Assembly (NCBI GenBank): GCA_964565725.1
Contig: CAZMGA010000027.1
Coordinates: 1 to 6,147 of the forward strand
Direction of reading: 5' to 3'
From: an uncultured archaeon
GTDB lineage: Archaea > Iainarchaeota > Iainarchaeia > Iainarchaeales > 0-14-0-20-30-16
Length of the DNA stretch: 6,147 bases
Position 1 is the first letter of the stretch. Each line of letters starts with the position of its first letter. Below, piece by piece: positions 4,985 to 6,147 of this stretch. The notes beneath the pieces were generated by a model. That model saw only the letters and a program-made list of their open reading frames with translations, searched no databases and had not been told where the DNA came from. The position numbers and the translations under genes were made by a program.

Positions 4985-6097
4985 TTATATTTTTAACATA
5001 TATTCTTCAATTTTGTTTTTTGCTTCTTCTCTAGCTTTTTGATGTTTTATTAAAAATTCATTTATTTTATTTATAGCTATTTGTTTTAATTCTCCACTCA
5101 ACAATTTACCTGATTTATAATCATCATAAATTTGTTTTAATTTATCATCATCATATTCTAAAAATCTTAAATATTGATAACTAATATCTATATCTGGATT
5201 ACCACCTTTTTTTCTATGTTCTTCAATAGTTGGTTGTCCCCCAGAAAATGCATATTTATTTATTTTATTTTTTACTTCTTTCTCACTATCTGTTGAAAAT
5301 ATAGCAGTATTTTCTAAACTTGAAGACATTTTAGAATCATCATTACCTTGTAAGCCTGGTAAAAATATTCCTTGAATACTTGAAGGCTTATAATATCCTA
5401 ATTTTTCTACCACATCTCTAGTAATTCTAAAATGAGGATCTTGGTCTACAGCATGAGGTATTAAACAAGGTATTTTTTTCTTTTTTAAAACACAAGGTAA
5501 AAAACAAGGTACAGTTTGCATAGAAGTATAAAAAATTGACCCTATATTATTTTCATTAGTAAAACCAAATGAACTTTTTACAGTTGAAAAAGTAATTTTT
5601 TTTGCTACTTTTATTGCTTCAGGATACATTAATCCAGAATGTTTTGTATCTAAAATAAAATGTGTTTTTTTAGGATCAAATCCTAAAGCTATAACATCCA
5701 ACATATTATCATAAGCTAATTTTGTTGTTTCTTCTAAAGTCAAATCTTTTTTAAATAAAAATTTTTCATCATCTGTAAATTGGAAATATAATTCAACATC
5801 AAATTTATCTTGCAACCATTTTGTAAAAATCCAAATGATTAAATGACCCAAATGAATTTTTCCGGAAGGCCCTCTACCAGTATATAAAAAAAACTTATTT
5901 CCTTTTTCATATTCATCTAAAATGAATTTTAAATCTCTATGAGCAAAAAATATATTTCGTTTTAAATAAGGATGAATTTCACCAGTTATTTTTTCTATTC
6001 TCTTTAATAAATCATTATCTATAACTGATAATCCAAATTCTTTAATTATCTTTTCATATTCTAAATTGCCTTTTACTTCGTAAGGATTTATTATCAT
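4985..6097 (-). CDS. trpS: Tryptophanyl-tRNA synthetase, archaeal/eukaryotic type (class I)
   Basis: This 370-aa ORF reads as nearly collinear with eukaryotic/archaeal TrpRS from memory. Matching segments are YEKIIKEFG, FFAHRD, YTGRGPSGKIHLGHL (HIGH motif HLGH at nt 5843..5854), TKWLQDKF.V, QFTDDEKFLFK.LTLEE, CLIPHAVDQDPHFRITRDV, the KMSKS-equivalent KMSSS, YAFSGGQPTIEEHRKKGGNPDIDISYQYL and YKSGKLLSGELK. GTGAT (6101..6105, minus strand) lies 3 nt upstream of the ATG. Confidence 0.93.
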   Translation of the reverse strand: MIINPYEVKGNLEYEKIIKEFGLSVIDNDLLKRIEKITGEIHPYLKRNIFFAHRDLKFILDEYEKGNKFFLYTGRGPSGKIHLGHLIIWIFTKWLQDKFDVELYFQFTDDEKFLFKKDLTLEETTKLAYDNMLDVIALGFDPKKTHFILDTKHSGLMYPEAIKVAKKITFSTVKSSFGFTNENNIGSIFYTSMQTVPCFLPCVLKKKKIPCLIPHAVDQDPHFRITRDVVEKLGYYKPSSIQGIFLPGLQGNDDSKMSSSLENTAIFSTDSEKEVKNKINKYAFSGGQPTIEEHRKKGGNPDIDISYQYLRFLEYDDDKLKQIYDDYKSGKLLSGELKQIAINKINEFLIKHQKAREEAKNKIEEYMLKI

Positions 6098-6100
6098 ATT

Positions 6101-6105
6101 ATCAC
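6101..6105 (-). promoter_or_regulatory. Shine-Dalgarno-like motif of trpS (GTGAT)
   Basis: The minus strand reads TTATAGTGATAAT-ATG. The motif and its 3-4 nt spacing match those seen before rpoB2 and the proposed rpoB1 start. Confidence 0.45.
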
Positions 6106-6147
6106 TATAACTATTAACTATTAAATCTTTTTAAATCTATGTAACTA

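Noticed and set aside
1-6147. Mobile-element hallmarks (transposase, integrase, inverted or direct flanking repeats, tRNA attachment site) that could explain the arrival of the GGDEF gene
   Set aside because: None are visible. The GGDEF gene is flanked directly by core genes, with no spare sequence, no terminal repeats that I could find by eye, and no compositional discontinuity. Any transfer is therefore not recent, or its scars have been erased.
6106-6147. TATA-like motifs (ATTTAAAAAG, ATTTAATAG on the minus strand) upstream of trpS as its promoter
   Set aside because: With normal archaeal TATA-to-TSS spacing they would place the transcription start on or past the GTGAT SD. The region is truncated by the window edge, and such motifs are expected by chance in this composition.

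Overview
This is an AT-rich archaeal chromosomal segment (by eye about a quarter to a third G+C) that is almost entirely coding and uses the standard genetic code. The minus strand carries the canonical archaeal RNA polymerase operon: rpoH, rpoB2 (B''), rpoB1 (B') and rpoA1 (A'). Only the first 92 codons of rpoA1 are present before it runs off the left edge, and it is absent from the supplied ORF track. Junctions within the operon are 4-13 nt and are preceded by GGTGAT/GTGAT-like Shine-Dalgarno motifs. The right end holds an archaeal/eukaryotic-type tryptophanyl-tRNA synthetase on the minus strand. Between these core genes lies a 347-aa plus-strand ORF (3937..4980), divergent from rpoH and convergent with trpS with only 4 nt between stop codons. 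Its C-terminal half is a complete, apparently catalytically competent bacterial-type GGDEF diguanylate cyclase domain (RWGGEEF). That domain follows one clear transmembrane helix and an N-terminal region of about 150 aa that I cannot assign to any family. A c-di-GMP synthase sitting among archaeal information-processing genes is the main item worth follow-up. I saw no rRNA, tRNA, CRISPR array, transposase, integrase or long repeat. The lineage cannot be resolved from this window beyond an archaeon with a split rpoB, either a methanogen-like euryarchaeote or a fast-evolving DPANN-like lineage. All domain calls rest on reading motifs by eye, and no database search was possible.
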